Source: Octopus sinensis (Eukaryota). Taken from it: a stretch of 64,000 nt of DNA. The notes beneath the pieces were generated by a model that did not search any database, was not told the DNA's origin, and was given only the letters and a program-made list of their open reading frames with translations. The DNA lies in the NCBI RefSeq assembly GCF_006345805.1, contig NC_043014.1, positions 8,308,001 through 8,372,000 on the forward strand. Reading direction: 5' to 3'. Below, piece after piece: positions 24,283 to 37,735 of this stretch; the stretch's first letter is position 1, and every line of letters starts with the position of its first letter. The position numbers were made by a program, and so were the translations under genes.

Positions 24283-24785
24283 TGGCAGAATCATTAGCGT
24301 GCCGGGCGAAATGCTTAGCAGTATTTCATCTGCCATTACGTTCTGAGTTCAAATTCTACTGAAGTCAACTTTGCCTTTCATCCTTTCGGGGTCGATTAAA
24401 TAAGTACCAGTTATGCACTGGGTTGTGGAGGCACGTGGCTTAGTGGTTAGGGTGTCAGCATCTTGATCGTAAGATTGTGGTTTCGATTCCTGGACCGGGC
24501 GATGTGTTGTGTTCTTGAGCAAAACACTTCATTTCACATTGCTCCAGTCCACTCAGCTGGCAAAAATGAGTAACGCTGCGATGGACTAGTGTCCCGTCCA
24601 GCTGGGGAACACATACGCCATAGAAACCAGGAAACCCGGACCCATGAGCCTGGCTAGGCTTTAAAAGGGCACATTTATTTTTATTTATTTTATGCACTAG
24701 GGTCGATGTAATTGACTTAATCCCTTTGTCCATCCTTGTTTGTCACCTCTGTGTTTAGTCCCCTGTGGCCAATAAAGAAATACAT
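24283..24785 (+). mobile_element. SINE family B interrupted by a Meta-like SINE (about 24425-24690)
   Basis: Insert flanked by TTATGCACTGGG / TTATGCACTAGG, a target-site duplication of about 12 bp. Confidence 0.8.
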
Positions 24786-25003
24786 ATATGTACATATGCA
24801 TAAAAGGCATAGTACAAATGTGATGAGAGAAAAACTTAGCATCAGATGTTGTGTGCAAGAAAGAAAACTGCACTGATATGGGCATGTGACGCATACGGAT
24901 GTATAAAAAAGTAGTGATCACTAAGTGTGTATGGAACTTGCAAAAGAGGAAGACCCAGGAAGAGATGGAACAAGGTGCGAGTAGTCATGTAGTTCCTCTA
25001 CAG

Positions 25004-25221
25004 CAGTGGTTTTCAACCAGGGTTCCGCGGAACCTTAGGGTCCGCCAGTACAGTCCAGGGGTTCCGCAAGAAGTTACAAAACTGCTAAAATCGGCAGTAA
25101 TTTTTAATTCTCCTGTGCAGATATGTGTGCATAAGACTATTAAATTATTGCACAGGGGTTCCTCGAGCCAGTGGAATGTTTCCTTGGGGTTCCGCTCCAG
25201 CAAAAAGTTTGAAAAGCACTG
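25004..25221 (+). mobile_element. hAT (Charlie-like) MITE
   Basis: CAGTGGTTTTCAA...TTTGAAAAGCACTG ends, exact 8-bp TSD CTCTACAG. Confidence 0.9.
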
Positions 25222-25599
25222 CTCTACAGCAAGAGGAGCTACAAGGAACCTGATCTGCTCTGGTGCTTCTCTCTCATACTTTATCCCTCTCTATTCTTCA
25301 TCTCTTAGCATAAAGTTGCCCCTTCGGGATTTATAGTTTTGCAAGCTCCATAGCAACCTCTCTGGTGCTGGTGGCATGGAAAAAATCATCCATTACATGC
25401 TGTAGAGTTGTTGATAGGAAGGATATCTGGTCAAAGAAGCCATGCCAAAGTAGACACTTGAGCCCGATGCAGTTCTTGGGCCCGTTGGATCCTATCAAAT
25501 TATCCCACTCATGCCAGCATTGAACATGGATGCTTAATGATGATGATGATGATGATGATGAGGATTATGATGGTGAATATATGAAGAATATGTTTGTTG

Positions 25600-25614
25600 T
25601 TATATGTATGTATG

Positions 25615-25655
<41 letters not shown>

Positions 25656-25782
25656 TTGGATTTTTATATATTTTTGTGTCTATTTATTTATATATACATA
25701 TATGTATTTGTATGTGTGTGTGTGTATATCTGAGTCTCTGTACATAGGTACATATGAATGTATGTATATATTTGTGTGTATG

Positions 25783-25838
<56 letters not shown>

Positions 25839-26044
25839 TATACATACATATATTCTGCAGCGTGATTGGTGTTAGGAAGGGTATCCAGCCGTAAAAATCT
25901 TGCCAAAACAGACAGTAAAGCCTAATACAGTCTTCTACCTAGCCAGCTCCTGTCAAACTGTCCAGCCCAGGTCAGTATGGAATGTGGACATTAAATGATG
26001 ATGATGATGATGATAATATTTGCATGTTTGTATGTGTGTATATG

Positions 26045-26093
<49 letters not shown>

Positions 26094-26229
26094 CTTGGAT
26101 TTTTATATATTTTTGTGTCTATTTATTTATATATACATATATGTATTTGTATGTGTGTGTGTGTGTATATCTGAGTCTCTGTACATAGGTACATATGAAT
26201 GTATGTATATATTTGTGTGTATGTATGTG

Positions 26230-26260
<31 letters not shown>

Positions 26261-26472
26261 CACACACACACACACACATATACATACATATATTCTGCAG
26301 CGTGATTGGTGTTAGGAAGGGTATCCAGCCGTAAAAATCTTGCCAAAACAGACAGTAAAGCCTAATACAGTCTTCTACCTAGCCAGCTCCTGTCAAACTG
26401 TCCAGCCCAGGTCAGTATGGAATGTGGACATTAAATGATGATGATGATAATATTTGCATGTTTGTATGTGTG

Positions 26473-26520
<48 letters not shown>
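25600..26520. repeat. Direct tandem duplication, period 439 bp
   Basis: CTTGGATTTTTATATATTTTTG at 25655 and 26094; non-microsatellite parts appear identical. Confidence 0.9.
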
Positions 26521-26524
<4 letters not shown>

Positions 26525-27054
26525 TATATGCATGCCTGTGGCTAGGTGGTAAGTAGCTTGCTTACCGACCACATGGTTCAGGGTTCAGTCCCACTGCGTG
26601 GCACCTTGGGCAAGTGTCTTCTACTATAGCTTCGGGCCGACCAAAGCCTTGTGAGTGGATTTGGTAGACGGAAACTGAAAGAAGCCCGTCGTATATATGT
26701 ATATATATATATGTGTGTGCGTGTATGTTTGTGTGTCTGTGTTTGTCCCCCTAGCATTGCTTGACAACCGTCCCCGTTACTTAGCGGTTCGGCAAAAGAG
26801 ACCGATAGAATAAGTACTGGGCTTACAAAAGAATAAGTCCCGGGGTCGAGTTGCTCGATTAAAGGCGGTGCTCCAGCATGGCCGCAGTCAAATGACTGAA
26901 ACAAGTGAAAGAGTATATATGTATGTATGTCTATCTATGTACTATATATGTGTGTGTGTGTGTATTCACTGAACAGAATATGAAAGGCATTTGCTGCAGG
27001 ATTTTCAATCATTGAACACATTTCTTCCTATAGTCTTCGTGTAAAAAAAGCACA

Positions 27055-27375
27055 CTGAGTTAGGAAGGTGGGGCTAGAGAAAATGTGTCTGTCAGAGTCT
27101 GTATTCAAAAAGAGATGGATGCGTGTTGCACGGACGCTAGGTGTGAAAGACCTTGCATGAACACGCCATGATCACTTGCCAAAAGGTTTCAGTTAAAATA
27201 ACAGGGCTCGTGGGGTCGGCTATCCTGTTTTTTTTCTACTTCATGTGTCCCTTTTTGTTCGTTTGTTCTTGTAACTCATTCGATTTCATTGTAAATAATT
27301 CCATTTCATCCACATGACCCCAAATCATTGTATTGTCCCCATCTGTGTAAACCCTTATGGGTAATAAAGAAATTT
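27055..27375 (+). mobile_element. 3' fragment of Tx1/L1-like LINE
   Basis: Reads VRKVGLEKMCLSESVFKKRWMRVARTLGVKDLA*, followed by a T-rich UTR ending CCCTTATGGGTAATAAAGAAATT. Confidence 0.5.
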
Positions 27376-27871
27376 GTCATAGTCCCTCAGTCATTGGGAA
27401 CCAGATAGGAACGTCTTTTCTTCTACAGAAAGCACCCAACAAAATATTTGTTGTGGTGTGTTGAGGCTTTCCAAGCTGGAATTTAATTAGTATAAGCATT
27501 AGGAAGGGCATCCAGCCGTAGAAACATTGCCAGATCAGACTGGGCCTGGTGCGGCCTTCTGGCTTCCCAGACCCCAGTTGAACCATCCAACCTATGCTAG
27601 CATGGAAAGCGGACGCTAAATGATGATGATGGATATATTGTCTTTTAATATTTTCCCATTTACTTTTGTTGTATGGTGTGAAGTCTGTGTATTGCAATTG
27701 CTTCTTGTTTGAAAGGTATGGTAAGCACCTTTCCTTGCCTGTGTAGGTTGGACAAGTCTTCTCCAGCACAATTTCTCATCACAAGTTGTGATCTTTTGTC
27801 ATCTCCTTCAAGAGTTTCAGCATCTGGGTATCAGTCTTCATCACATTTCATCCCATGTCTTTGATCTTCTT

Positions 27872-28130
27872 TCATCATCATCATCATTGTTCGACCGTGG
27901 TCGAGACAATGGAATTTACTATGCTACGCCAGACTTCACAGTCCATCATAGCATTACGGAGGTCCTGTTGCTGGACGCCTGTATCCCTGGAGATTACATC
28001 TGGGTAGGAGAGTGTGCGCCCTCTGGTATCGCGAGTAGATGGCTTCCAGAGGAGAAGAGTAGAAATTACCTCTTTTTTCAGCTCTACAACAATGTCTAGC
28101 AAACTGGACTCTCCTACCTTTCTTCTTTCA
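27872..28130 (-). mobile_element. RTE-clade LINE 3' end (family 2)
   Basis: EVISTLLLWKP...RGRTLSYPDVISRDTG...DLRNAMMD..VW, followed by a (GAT)n tail. Confidence 0.8.
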
Positions 28131-28144
28131 TAGTTTAAATCCAC

Positions 28145-29600
28145 TTTGAGTGCATGGCATTTACTCACACAACCAGCACCCTGTGTGTGCATCACATGCC
28201 TAAACTGGTGTAATTTTCTCCCTTGCACACTACATCTTATTCCTTGTGTATCCAGTTTTTCTTTCAGTTCATTTGTAGTTCCATTGTTTGTACACATCAG
28301 CATAACTTATCAGATTACTCAGTTCATGTATATACTGGTCTATGAGCAGTGGCTTGAAAGTACGCAGATGCATTTGAAAATAGTTGGGCCTTTGTCAGTA
28401 ATATATATTCATAGCCAACCACATACCTAACTGAGATTTGTCACATCTGATGTAGGAAACAGAGAATCATCATCATCATCATCGTTTAACGTCCGTCTTC
28501 CATGCTAGCATGGGTTGGACGGTTCAACTGGGTTCTGGGAAGCCAGAAGGCTGCTCCAGGCCCAGTCTGATCTGGCAGTGTTTCTACAGCTGGATGCCCT
28601 TCCTAACACCAACCACTCCGTGAGTGTAGTGGGTGCTTTTTACGTGCCACCTGCACAAATGCCAGACGAGGCTGGCAAACAACCACGATCGGATGGTGCT
28701 TTTTACGTGCCTCACTGCAATTGCAAATGCTGTATTAAATTGGAATGGCCATCTGTGTATCATACTTAATGTATATACATCATTGACCAGCAAGTTACTG
28801 CAGTAGTCATCTACCTTCAGACCGGTAAAGTAAAAAAAGAAAAAAAGCATTCTTGCTTCGTTTCTCTCTAGCCTTTGCATCCTCTACATTTGCAGCAAAA
28901 CATCCAGTATTGCACTTCAAAATTAAGCCAACCCTTTATTACCAGATGCGATAACAGCAGCTAAAATTCGAACCTTATCCAACTTTACTGCGACGATTTC
29001 ATCTCAATCGAAGGAGAGGATCTCTCTCCATCCGTGTTGCGGATCTGTGGAATAAGCTGCCGGACGAGATAGTGAAGATGCTGACGACCACTCGGTTCAA
29101 AGTCTCCCTTGACCACAAGTGGCCTGAACTCTTTACATGAACACCACCCTGTACATAACTCCATGTCCCCCTACATGGCCTTGCTTTTTGCTTTTTGAGC
29201 CAAAAAATTAACTAACTAACTACTGTGGCAACTATGCCTTTAGAATACCCACCTGAGTAACTTAAACTGTCAGCTAATTATAGGGAGTTTTCAGAGTATT
29301 TAAAAGAATTTATTTCACATATATTCTTACTGCTTGCTTCTCTACCTCATATCTGCTGCATATGGCTTCTAACTCTCCAGTTACCCTGCCAATGATCTCA
29401 CATTATCAGTTGTGAGTTTGCAATTTACCATTAGTACAGTGTATGGGATTATGGGATTCCTAAGTACTCCGTTTCTGTATACTGAGCATGGCTAATTTCC
29501 TGATAGCAGTGGGACCCTGTCTTCTTTACCGCTAACTGAAATGCGGGTCTTTTTGCCAGATTTACTTTGAGGCTTTTTCCAATCTCAACCTCAAAGTAAA
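28145..29600 (-). mobile_element. Fragmented, decayed RTE LINE (family 1), interrupted by younger elements
   Basis: Collinear pieces: LKVNLAK / PCSV.RNGV (about 29.4-29.6 kb), MQRLERNEARML (about 28.85 kb), LKEKLDTQGIRCSVQGRKLHQFRHV (28.15-28.3 kb); the last two match the 48.3-kb copy. Confidence 0.55.
28986..29221 (+). mobile_element. CR1-clade LINE 3' fragment
   Basis: Near-identical to 52980-53197; (AACT)n tail. Confidence 0.9.
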
Positions 29601-29985
29601 CCTAACCAAGAACTGAATACATTCAAAGACGCATGTAATACAACTACATATATATACTCTTTTACTTGTTTCAGTCATTTGACTGTGGCCATGCTGGAGC
29701 ACCACCTTTTAGTCAAGCAAATCGACCCCGGGACTTATTCTTTGTAAGTCCAGTACTTACTCTATCGGTCTCTTTTGCCGAACCGCTAAGCGATGGGGAC
29801 GTAAACACACCAGCATCAGTTGTCAAGCAATGTTGGGGGGACAAACACAGACACACAATCATATACACATACATATATATATACACACATATATACGATG
29901 GGCTTCTTTCAGTTTCCGTCTACCAAATCCACTCACAAGGCTTTGGTCGGCCCAACGCTATAGTAGAAGACACTTGCCCAAAGTG

Positions 29986-30037
<52 letters not shown>

Positions 30038-30229
30038 TACAACTTTGTTGATCACCAATTTAAGATTTTCAAATGGAAAAAATTAACGACACTTTCACGG
30101 ATGATGGTGACGGTTGTGATCAGTGTAACGGTGTATGGTTTGTGTCGGTGGCAGTTGTAAATGATGTACGGTTTATGCTGGTGGTTGTCGTGATGCGATA
30201 ATTGATGATGTTTAGTTTGCACTCGTGTT

Positions 30230-30268
30230 TTTCTACCATACTGCTGTTGTTGCTGCTGCTGCTGCTGT

Positions 30269-30303
<35 letters not shown>

Positions 30304-30435
30304 GTGGTGGTGGTGGTGGTGGTGATAGAGGTTTGGAGACTAATATTTTTTATTGTTGTATTTAAGTAAACAACTAGATTTGTGTGTATATATACATATA
30401 TATACATATATATATATACATATATACATATATAT

Positions 30436-30488
<53 letters not shown>

Positions 30489-30611
30489 ATGTGTGTGTGT
30501 ATGTATACACCCAAATGTATGTATATGGATGCATGCATATAATTAGTACCATTGTTATGTTATGAGAATGGTGATGATTATCTTGCTGAAAATCACCAAA
30601 ATCAGTTGCTT

Positions 30612-30651
<40 letters not shown>

Positions 30652-31410
30652 CATGTAAGTTTGTGTGTGCATGTGTGTGTGCAAGAGATAGTGTGTGTGT
30701 GTGTGTGCTGTGTGTGCATGCGCGTGTGCAACAAATAAGGACAAAGTTAGAGAATGGGGGAGGTCAGGGAAACGGCGATGTGACTGTGTTTAGTCAGCAG
30801 CAACAACAACAACAAAAGCAGTAGCAGCAGCAGCAGCAGCAGAAACAACAATAACAGCCATGGAAGCCATAGCTGCAACAATAACAACAGCCATGGCGGT
30901 GGCGGTGGCGGTGGCAGCGGCAACGACAACAACAACAGCTTTAGTTGCAGCAATAACAGGAACAGCCATTGTAACAGAACAACCATGGCAGCAGCGGCAG
31001 TAACAACAACAACAACAGCCATTGTAAGAATAATAGGGAGCAGCAGCAACAACACTAACATCCTCAGCCAAGAGGCAGGAGACCCATGATTATGGGGTGG
31101 GGTGGGGGGAATGTGATGGGAGGTAGAACAAAGACTAGAGGGGGGTGGGAAAGGGGACAGGGTGCTTCTATTGTGGAAAATATCCTTGTTTGTACTTGGG
31201 GGACAGATGATAGTGAAATGGATGCTAGCATTGCAGTAGTAGTAGTAGTATTAGTTGTGGTAGTAGTTGTAGTAGTAGTGGTAATAGTAGTAGTAGTAGT
31301 AGTAGTGGTAACAGTAGTAGTAATAGTGGTAATAGTAATAGTAGTAGTGGTAATAGTAGTAATAGTAGTGGTAATAGTAGTAATAATAGTAGTAGTAGTA
31401 GTAGTTTCTA
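30230..31410. repeat. Compound microsatellite field ((CTG)/(CTA)/(GTG), (TA), (GT), (CAG/CAA), (GTA))
   Basis: Direct reading. Confidence 0.9.
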
Positions 31411-32099
31411 ATTTAGGCACAAGGCCGACAATTTTAAGTGAAGTGGGGTTAGTTAATTGCATCAACCCCAGTATTTTACTGGTACTTTATTTTATCAACA
31501 GCACCCCCCCCACACACACACACGCACAAAAAAACTGAAAGGCAAAATTGACTTTTGTGGTGTTTGAACTCAGAATATCTCTTTATATTCCGTGTTCAAC
31601 TCCTGCCAGGATCAACATTGCTTTTCATCCTTTTATAGATGATAAACTGAAGTACCAGTCATGTAGTGGGTCGATAGTATCGACTAACCCCTCTCTCCTC
31701 AAAGTAACTGGCTTTGTGGCTGAGTATGGAAGCAATAATGATGATCCTATCTTTATTGGTCACAAGCGCCTCAGACATACGATTCAAAATGTGTCACACA
31801 AAAATGATTACAAAACATGAAGTAAGAGAACCTAAGACGTAATAATTACTCTACGAGGGGTACTCCACTAGCCGCTCAGCAGGCCGAAGATGCCTTAGTT
31901 GAATGAAGGTTACGTTGTCATTTAGGGATCCGGAGTTAACTCACAGGAGATATTCACATTCATAGCAACCCTAGACGCTAAATGTGAACAATAAAATAAC
32001 TTTTTGAAGCTTATCGAACTTTGATAAGGGGGAAAAAACCTATAACCTTCTACGCAGATAAAGTATTATTGTTTCTGAGATCCTTGAATCCTAAAATTA

Positions 32100-32859
32100 A
32101 ATGTGTGTATACGTATGTGTGTGTGTGTGTTTGTGTGTATGTATAAGTGTGTGTATGTATATATGTGTGTGTATATATGTGTGTATGTATATATATATGC
32201 AGGTATATATATGCATGTATATGTGTATGTATACATATGTATATATGTGTGTATGTATATATATATATGTATGCATAAATATATATATATGTATGTAAAT
32301 ATATATATGTATGTATATTTATGTATATATATATTATGTATATATATATATATGTATGTATATATGTATATATATATGTATGTATATAGTATATATATGT
32401 ATGAATATATATGTATATATATGTATGATATATATGTATATATATGGATTGTGTATATATATAGTATATATGTATATATATATATATGTATATATATTAT
32501 GTATATATATATGTATATATATATATGTATATATATATATGTATATATTATATGTATATATATATATGTATATATATATATGATATATATATATATGTAT
32601 GTATATATATGTATATATATATATATGTATGTATGTATATATATATGTATGATGTATATATGTATGTATGTATATATATATGTATGTATGTATATAATAT
32701 ATGTATGTATAATATAATATATATATATGTATGGTATTATTATATATATATGTATGTATATATATATGATGTATATTATATATATGTATGTATATAGTAT
32801 TATATATATTATATATATATATGTATGCATATATATATATGTGTGTGTATGTATATATA
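32100..32859. repeat. About 760-bp degenerate (TA)n/(TATG)n tract
   Basis: Direct reading; similar tracts at 35860-36350 and 47430-47865. Confidence 0.95.
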
Positions 32860-33691
32860 CAGAGTGCGGTGAATAATCTGTCGTCTTAATTACCCAAAAA
32901 TGAAAATACACTGACATTTTAACAGATATTTACCAAAATTATATTAAAATATCTTGAAATATTAATGAGTAAACTTATTCAATAAAATTGCCATTGGCTT
33001 CAAGCACGGCCTCCAGATGACTTTGGAATCTCCTTCAGCTCTTCTGGATGATCTCCTCTTTAAGTTGGTGAATTCTGCCATAATCTTTGCCTGCAGTTCA
33101 TCTTTGGTAGTACAAGGAGTTTTGTTGGTCTCTCACTCAACTGCACCCCACACATAATAAAGGGGGTTGGAGTCTGGGGTGATGTGTTTTCAGAAACTGA
33201 CTGACAGCAATGACTGGGTTCTCCTGCTAATGTGGCATGATACAGAGTCCTGTTGCTAAACATAGGGTCTTCCAGCAGCCACCCTTTTGACTCAGGGCAG
33301 CACTACTTTCTCCAGGCACTTGACAGGCCTCTGTGTTGAGACTGAGGCTGTGTGGGAAGATGAATGGAAGCATAATGTCTCCATCACTAGTGATCACGCA
33401 AACACCATGATGTTGACTCGATGTTTAATTTTTATCACTCTCTCTACATGTCCTCAGATTGACAGCCAAACTCTGAGATGTTCATACTGGAGCTTCTGGC
33501 ATGAACACCAAGCAGTACAGCATGTTGTTTCCTAATTTCTGGCAGAGTGAATTGCATCATGGTGCTGTTTTTCTCACAGGCGGTGCCCAACTGACCCTAC
33601 TATACTGTGTAGTCAACAAAATCAAAAACAAACAATGCACATGTGGGGAATTAAAAATATAAAATGGCAACAATTTATCCATCACACCCTG
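32860..33691 (-). mobile_element. Internally deleted Tc1/mariner element with transposase remnant
   Basis: TA|CAGAGTG...CACCCTG|TA ends; minus strand retains DDD-domain-like pieces (NIMV..VITSDGDIMLPFIFP, SPDSNPL, YVWGAVE, ELQAKIMAEF, EANGNFIE) across frameshifts and stops. Confidence 0.85.
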
Positions 33692-34581
33692 TATATATAC
33701 ACATTTATATATACACAAGTAAGCACATAAATGTAAAACAGGGTGAAAAAAATAGTACTCAAATACCTAAGGTAGAGTAATATGCTTTTATTGAAGCTGC
33801 AAAATCTTCACAAAACTGTTACTCAGAACATATATATACATGTAACTACGTGTGGATTGTTGGCTATTTTTTGCCTCCATCTTCCTTTTCCCTTGAACTT
33901 TCCTCTGTCTTCCGTTTCTGAAGAAGAGCTTTGCTCAAAACGTAAAACAACCTTTCTTTCCTTCCCTGAGCATGTTTTAATACTTTGCATGTACCACTTT
34001 CTCCCATTGTTGGTTTTATCATGTTTTTTCTTCGTTTTTTTGTGGGGGATGGGGGTATTAATTGTGATATATATATATATATAAATATGTAGTCATTTCA
34101 AAGAAAAACAATTAAAAACAGAGAAAAAAATTGCATGTGAGGACATGCACAAGCAGTATTTTAATTTGATGCTTGGTGAAAGGAGAGAATTGTTAACATT
34201 TTGAGCATAGCTCTTCATCAGAAAGAGAAAAGAGAAACATAACAAAAGAATTTCACATAAAATTGTAATGAGAGATCTAAATTTCAAATATAAGCATTTT
34301 AAGACAGGTTGTTTTGTATCACAGACCCGAGATCGGTTTCAAGCAGATTTGCATCAAAAGAGTTAACCAATGTCATGTGGCCATCTGATTTATAATGCGT
34401 GTTATCTCACAAGGCCTGCTTCTAGAAAAAAAAATTGTCTGTGATTAATGAAAAGAAATAAACTTGAATACCGAAAGGCAATTAGTATGCTGTTACTCTA
34501 CCATTTCTGGCACTCTATATGGTAGATATAGATAAATAATGATAAATAATATTATATAATAGAATTAATACATTATATAAG

Positions 34582-34950
34582 AGAATTAATGCATTTGAGC
34601 TTTGGGGTTGGAGAAGACTTTTACAGATTCCATGGACAGCGGGGCTCACCAATGGAGAAGTTCTTAAGCAGATCAGGCCGAAAATGCCGCTAGAAGCTAG
34701 GATCACCAAGCATAGATTGGCATATTTCGGTCATATTATGTGGAGAAAATCCCTGGAGAAGGACATCATGCTCGGAATGGTCAGTGGCAAGAGAGGAAGA
34801 GGCCGACCAAGAACCCGCTGGCTTGACACCATCAGGAGTGATACCAGGATGGACATGGCCAATCTGAAAGAAGTGGCCCAAGATAGAACTGACTGCAGGA
34901 CACAGATCCAACAAGTGACCAAGAGTCAACTTCGACTGAGCGGATAGAGA
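34582..34950 (+). mobile_element. RTE (BovB-like) LINE 3' fragment
   Basis: INAFELWGWRRLLQIPWT...RLAYFGHIMWR..LEKDIMLGMVSGKRGRGRPRTRWLD. Confidence 0.9.
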
Positions 34951-35522
34951 GATAGAATATTATATAATGATATAATGATAAATAAAACAGATGAAGTAGC
35001 AGCAATAATTGAGCACCTTGTGTTTAATTACATCCATATAAATATTCTGAGTTCAAATCCTACCAGGATCTTTTTGACTTAGAGCAAACAAATTGCTTTT
35101 CAGTATTCATGTTTATTTCTCTACATCAGTCACAGGTGAGTTTTTTTTTTTGTTGTTTTTGTCCAGCAGCAAGACTAATGAGATATTGCTCATTATAAAT
35201 TAGGCGACACCACAGCAAACTTGTTTAACTCTAGGTTAAAACTGATGATGCAGACCCATGATGAAAGCATTTTAGCTGTAACCACCCTGTTTTAGCCGTT
35301 TGCCAGCCTTGTCAGGCATCTGTGCAGGTGGCACATAAAAAGCACCCACTACACTCTCAGAGTGGTTGGCGCTAGGCTTACGAAGAGTAAGTCCTGGGGT
35401 CGATTTCTTTGACTAAAGGCAGTGCTCCAGCATGGCCTGAAATCAAATGACTGAAACAAAAGAATTAAAGAATATATATATATATATATGTGTGTGTATG
35501 CATATATATATATATGTGTATA

Positions 35523-35578
<56 letters not shown>

Positions 35579-35588
35579 AAATGTAATA

Positions 35589-35781
35589 TGTGACAATTAT
35601 TTGGTAGCCATGATAAAACTCCGAGTTTCGGATGTCGAGGTGGAAATCCATGCCGCGATCTCTTCAGTTATCCGGCCATTGGAAAAAATGCTGACCAAAT
35701 AAATGAAGAGATGGTGGCGTGGATTTCCACCCCGGCATCCGAAACTCGGAGTTTTATCATAGCTATCAAATAATTGTCACA
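35589..35781. mobile_element. 193-bp foldback MITE (78-bp arms, 37-bp spacer), TA flanks
   Basis: 35589-35666 is the reverse complement of 35704-35781 with 7 mismatches by my count. Confidence 0.9.
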
Positions 35782-35895
35782 TAAACAACAGATAAATTCC
35801 TCTATTTACATAATACTGAGGTCTTTTTCTTTCTTTTGTTGTCTTACCATTTCTATCAATATATATATATGTATGTATATATATATATATGTATG

Positions 35896-35963
<68 letters not shown>

Positions 35964-35982
35964 TAAATATATATACATATAA

Positions 35983-36025
<43 letters not shown>

Positions 36026-36103
36026 TAAATATATATACATATAAATATACATATATAAATATATATATATTATATATATACATATATAAATATATATACA
36101 TAT

Positions 36104-36151
<48 letters not shown>

Positions 36152-36176
36152 TAAATATATATACATATAAATATAC

Positions 36177-36207
<31 letters not shown>

Positions 36208-36519
36208 CATATATAAATATATAGATATATATATACATATTAATATACATATATATATATATACACACACATATATATATATATTCATATAAATATATAT
36301 GTATATACATATATATATACACATACATACATACATACACAGTGATAGATAGATAGATTGATTGATAGTCTATACACACACATGCACTGGTTTTTTGCTT
36401 GGGTTTTTTTTTACCTTTTGCTTGCTAGTGTATTTATCTGTGAGGTTGCAATCACAACAACATGAACATAATTTTCTTAGATATTTGGCAGCAGTGGAAC
36501 AACAAATGTTCTGCTCTGT

Positions 36520-37450
36520 TGTAAAGGCTTATCGTCATCACTATAATCATCAACAACAACACTAACAAGAGCAGTAGCGGTGGTGGTGGTAGTAGTAGTG
36601 GTGGTGGTGGTGGTGGTAGTAGTAGTGGTTGTGGTGGTGGTAGTAATAGTAGTTGTAGTAGCAGTAGTAGTAGTGGTAGTAGTATTAGTAGTAGTGGTGG
36701 TTGTGGTGTTGGTGGTAGTAATAGTAGTAGCAGTAGTAGTAGTATTTGTAGTAGTTGTGGTGGTGGTAGTAGTAGTAGTAGTGGTGGTGGTTGTGGTGTT
36801 GGTGGTAGTAATAGTAGTTGTAGTAGTAGTAGTGGTAGTAGTATTTGTAGTAGTGCTGGTGGTGGTGGTAGTAGTGGTGGTGGTGGTAGTAGTAGTAGTA
36901 GTAGTGGTGGTGGTTGTAGTGTTGGTGGTAGTGGTGGTAGTAATAGTAGTTGTAGTAGCAGTAGTAGTAGTAGTAGCAGCAGCAGCATTGATGGTGGTAG
37001 TGGGTTTAGTTCTGGTGCTAGTGGTAGTACAACAACAATGGATTAGCATCAGAGAACTAGCACACTTACAATAACATGAGCTGCAATATAGCAACAACAG
37101 CTACAACAACAACAACAGCAACAACAAAGCAATCAGCAGAAGATGTTTGTTCGTTGCTGCAGCAATTACAAAAACAACAAATAGCTTTCGAAAACAACAG
37201 CCACAATGGTTAGATTCAAGACGACAATAACAACAACATCTATAACGACCAAGTAATTTCAAAACAACGGCGACAACAACTGCAACAACATCATAAAAAA
37301 AAAAAGAAAGAAAAATAAAGAACCACAACTGGTTTCAAAACAAGTCATATCTTCAACAGCAGCAACTTCAAATCAACAACAACAGCAGCAGCAGTTATAT
37401 ATAGATTATGAACAATAACAACAGCACCATCTTCAAAACAACAACTATTT
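36520..37450. repeat. Trinucleotide mosaic (GTA/GTG/GTT) and (CAA/CAG) field
   Basis: Direct reading; source of the poly-V, poly-T and poly-L ORFs. Confidence 0.9.
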
Positions 37451-37516
37451 TCCTTTAATATTCAACAACAATTACATCAGCAAGGTATGAGTGTGTTGAA
37501 TTGTGATATTCTAAAT

Positions 37517-37735
37517 CAGTGCTTTTCAAACTTTTTGCTGGAGCAGAACCCCAGGAAACATTCCACTGGCTCGAGGAACCCCTGTGCAATAATTTAATAG
37601 TCTTATGCACACATATCTGCACAAGAGAATTAAAAATTACTGCCGATTTTAGCAGTTTTGTAACTTCTTTGCGGAACCCCTGGACTGTACTGGCGGAACC
37701 CTAAGGTTCTGCGGAACCCTGGTTGAAAACCACTG
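37517..37735 (-). mobile_element. hAT (Charlie-like) MITE
   Basis: Inverted copy of 25004-25221; 8-bp TSD TTCTAAAT. Confidence 0.9.

Noticed and set aside
32066-32917. Long ORFs rich in Y/I/T/H/M (also 35.8-36.4 and 47.4-47.9 kb)
   Set aside because: Translations of (TA)/(TATG) microsatellites that lack stops in some frames.
34300-34400. Possible minus-strand exon (DGHMTLVNSFDANLLETDLGSVIQNNLS*)
   Set aside because: No recognisable homology and no linked neighbouring exons.
36452-37097. Mucin-like poly-Thr, poly-Val and poly-Leu ORFs (also 31.0-31.5, 41.4-42.0, 59.0-59.5 and 62.3-62.8 kb)
   Set aside because: Pure trinucleotide mosaics open on both strands, with no splice context or complex flanking domains.
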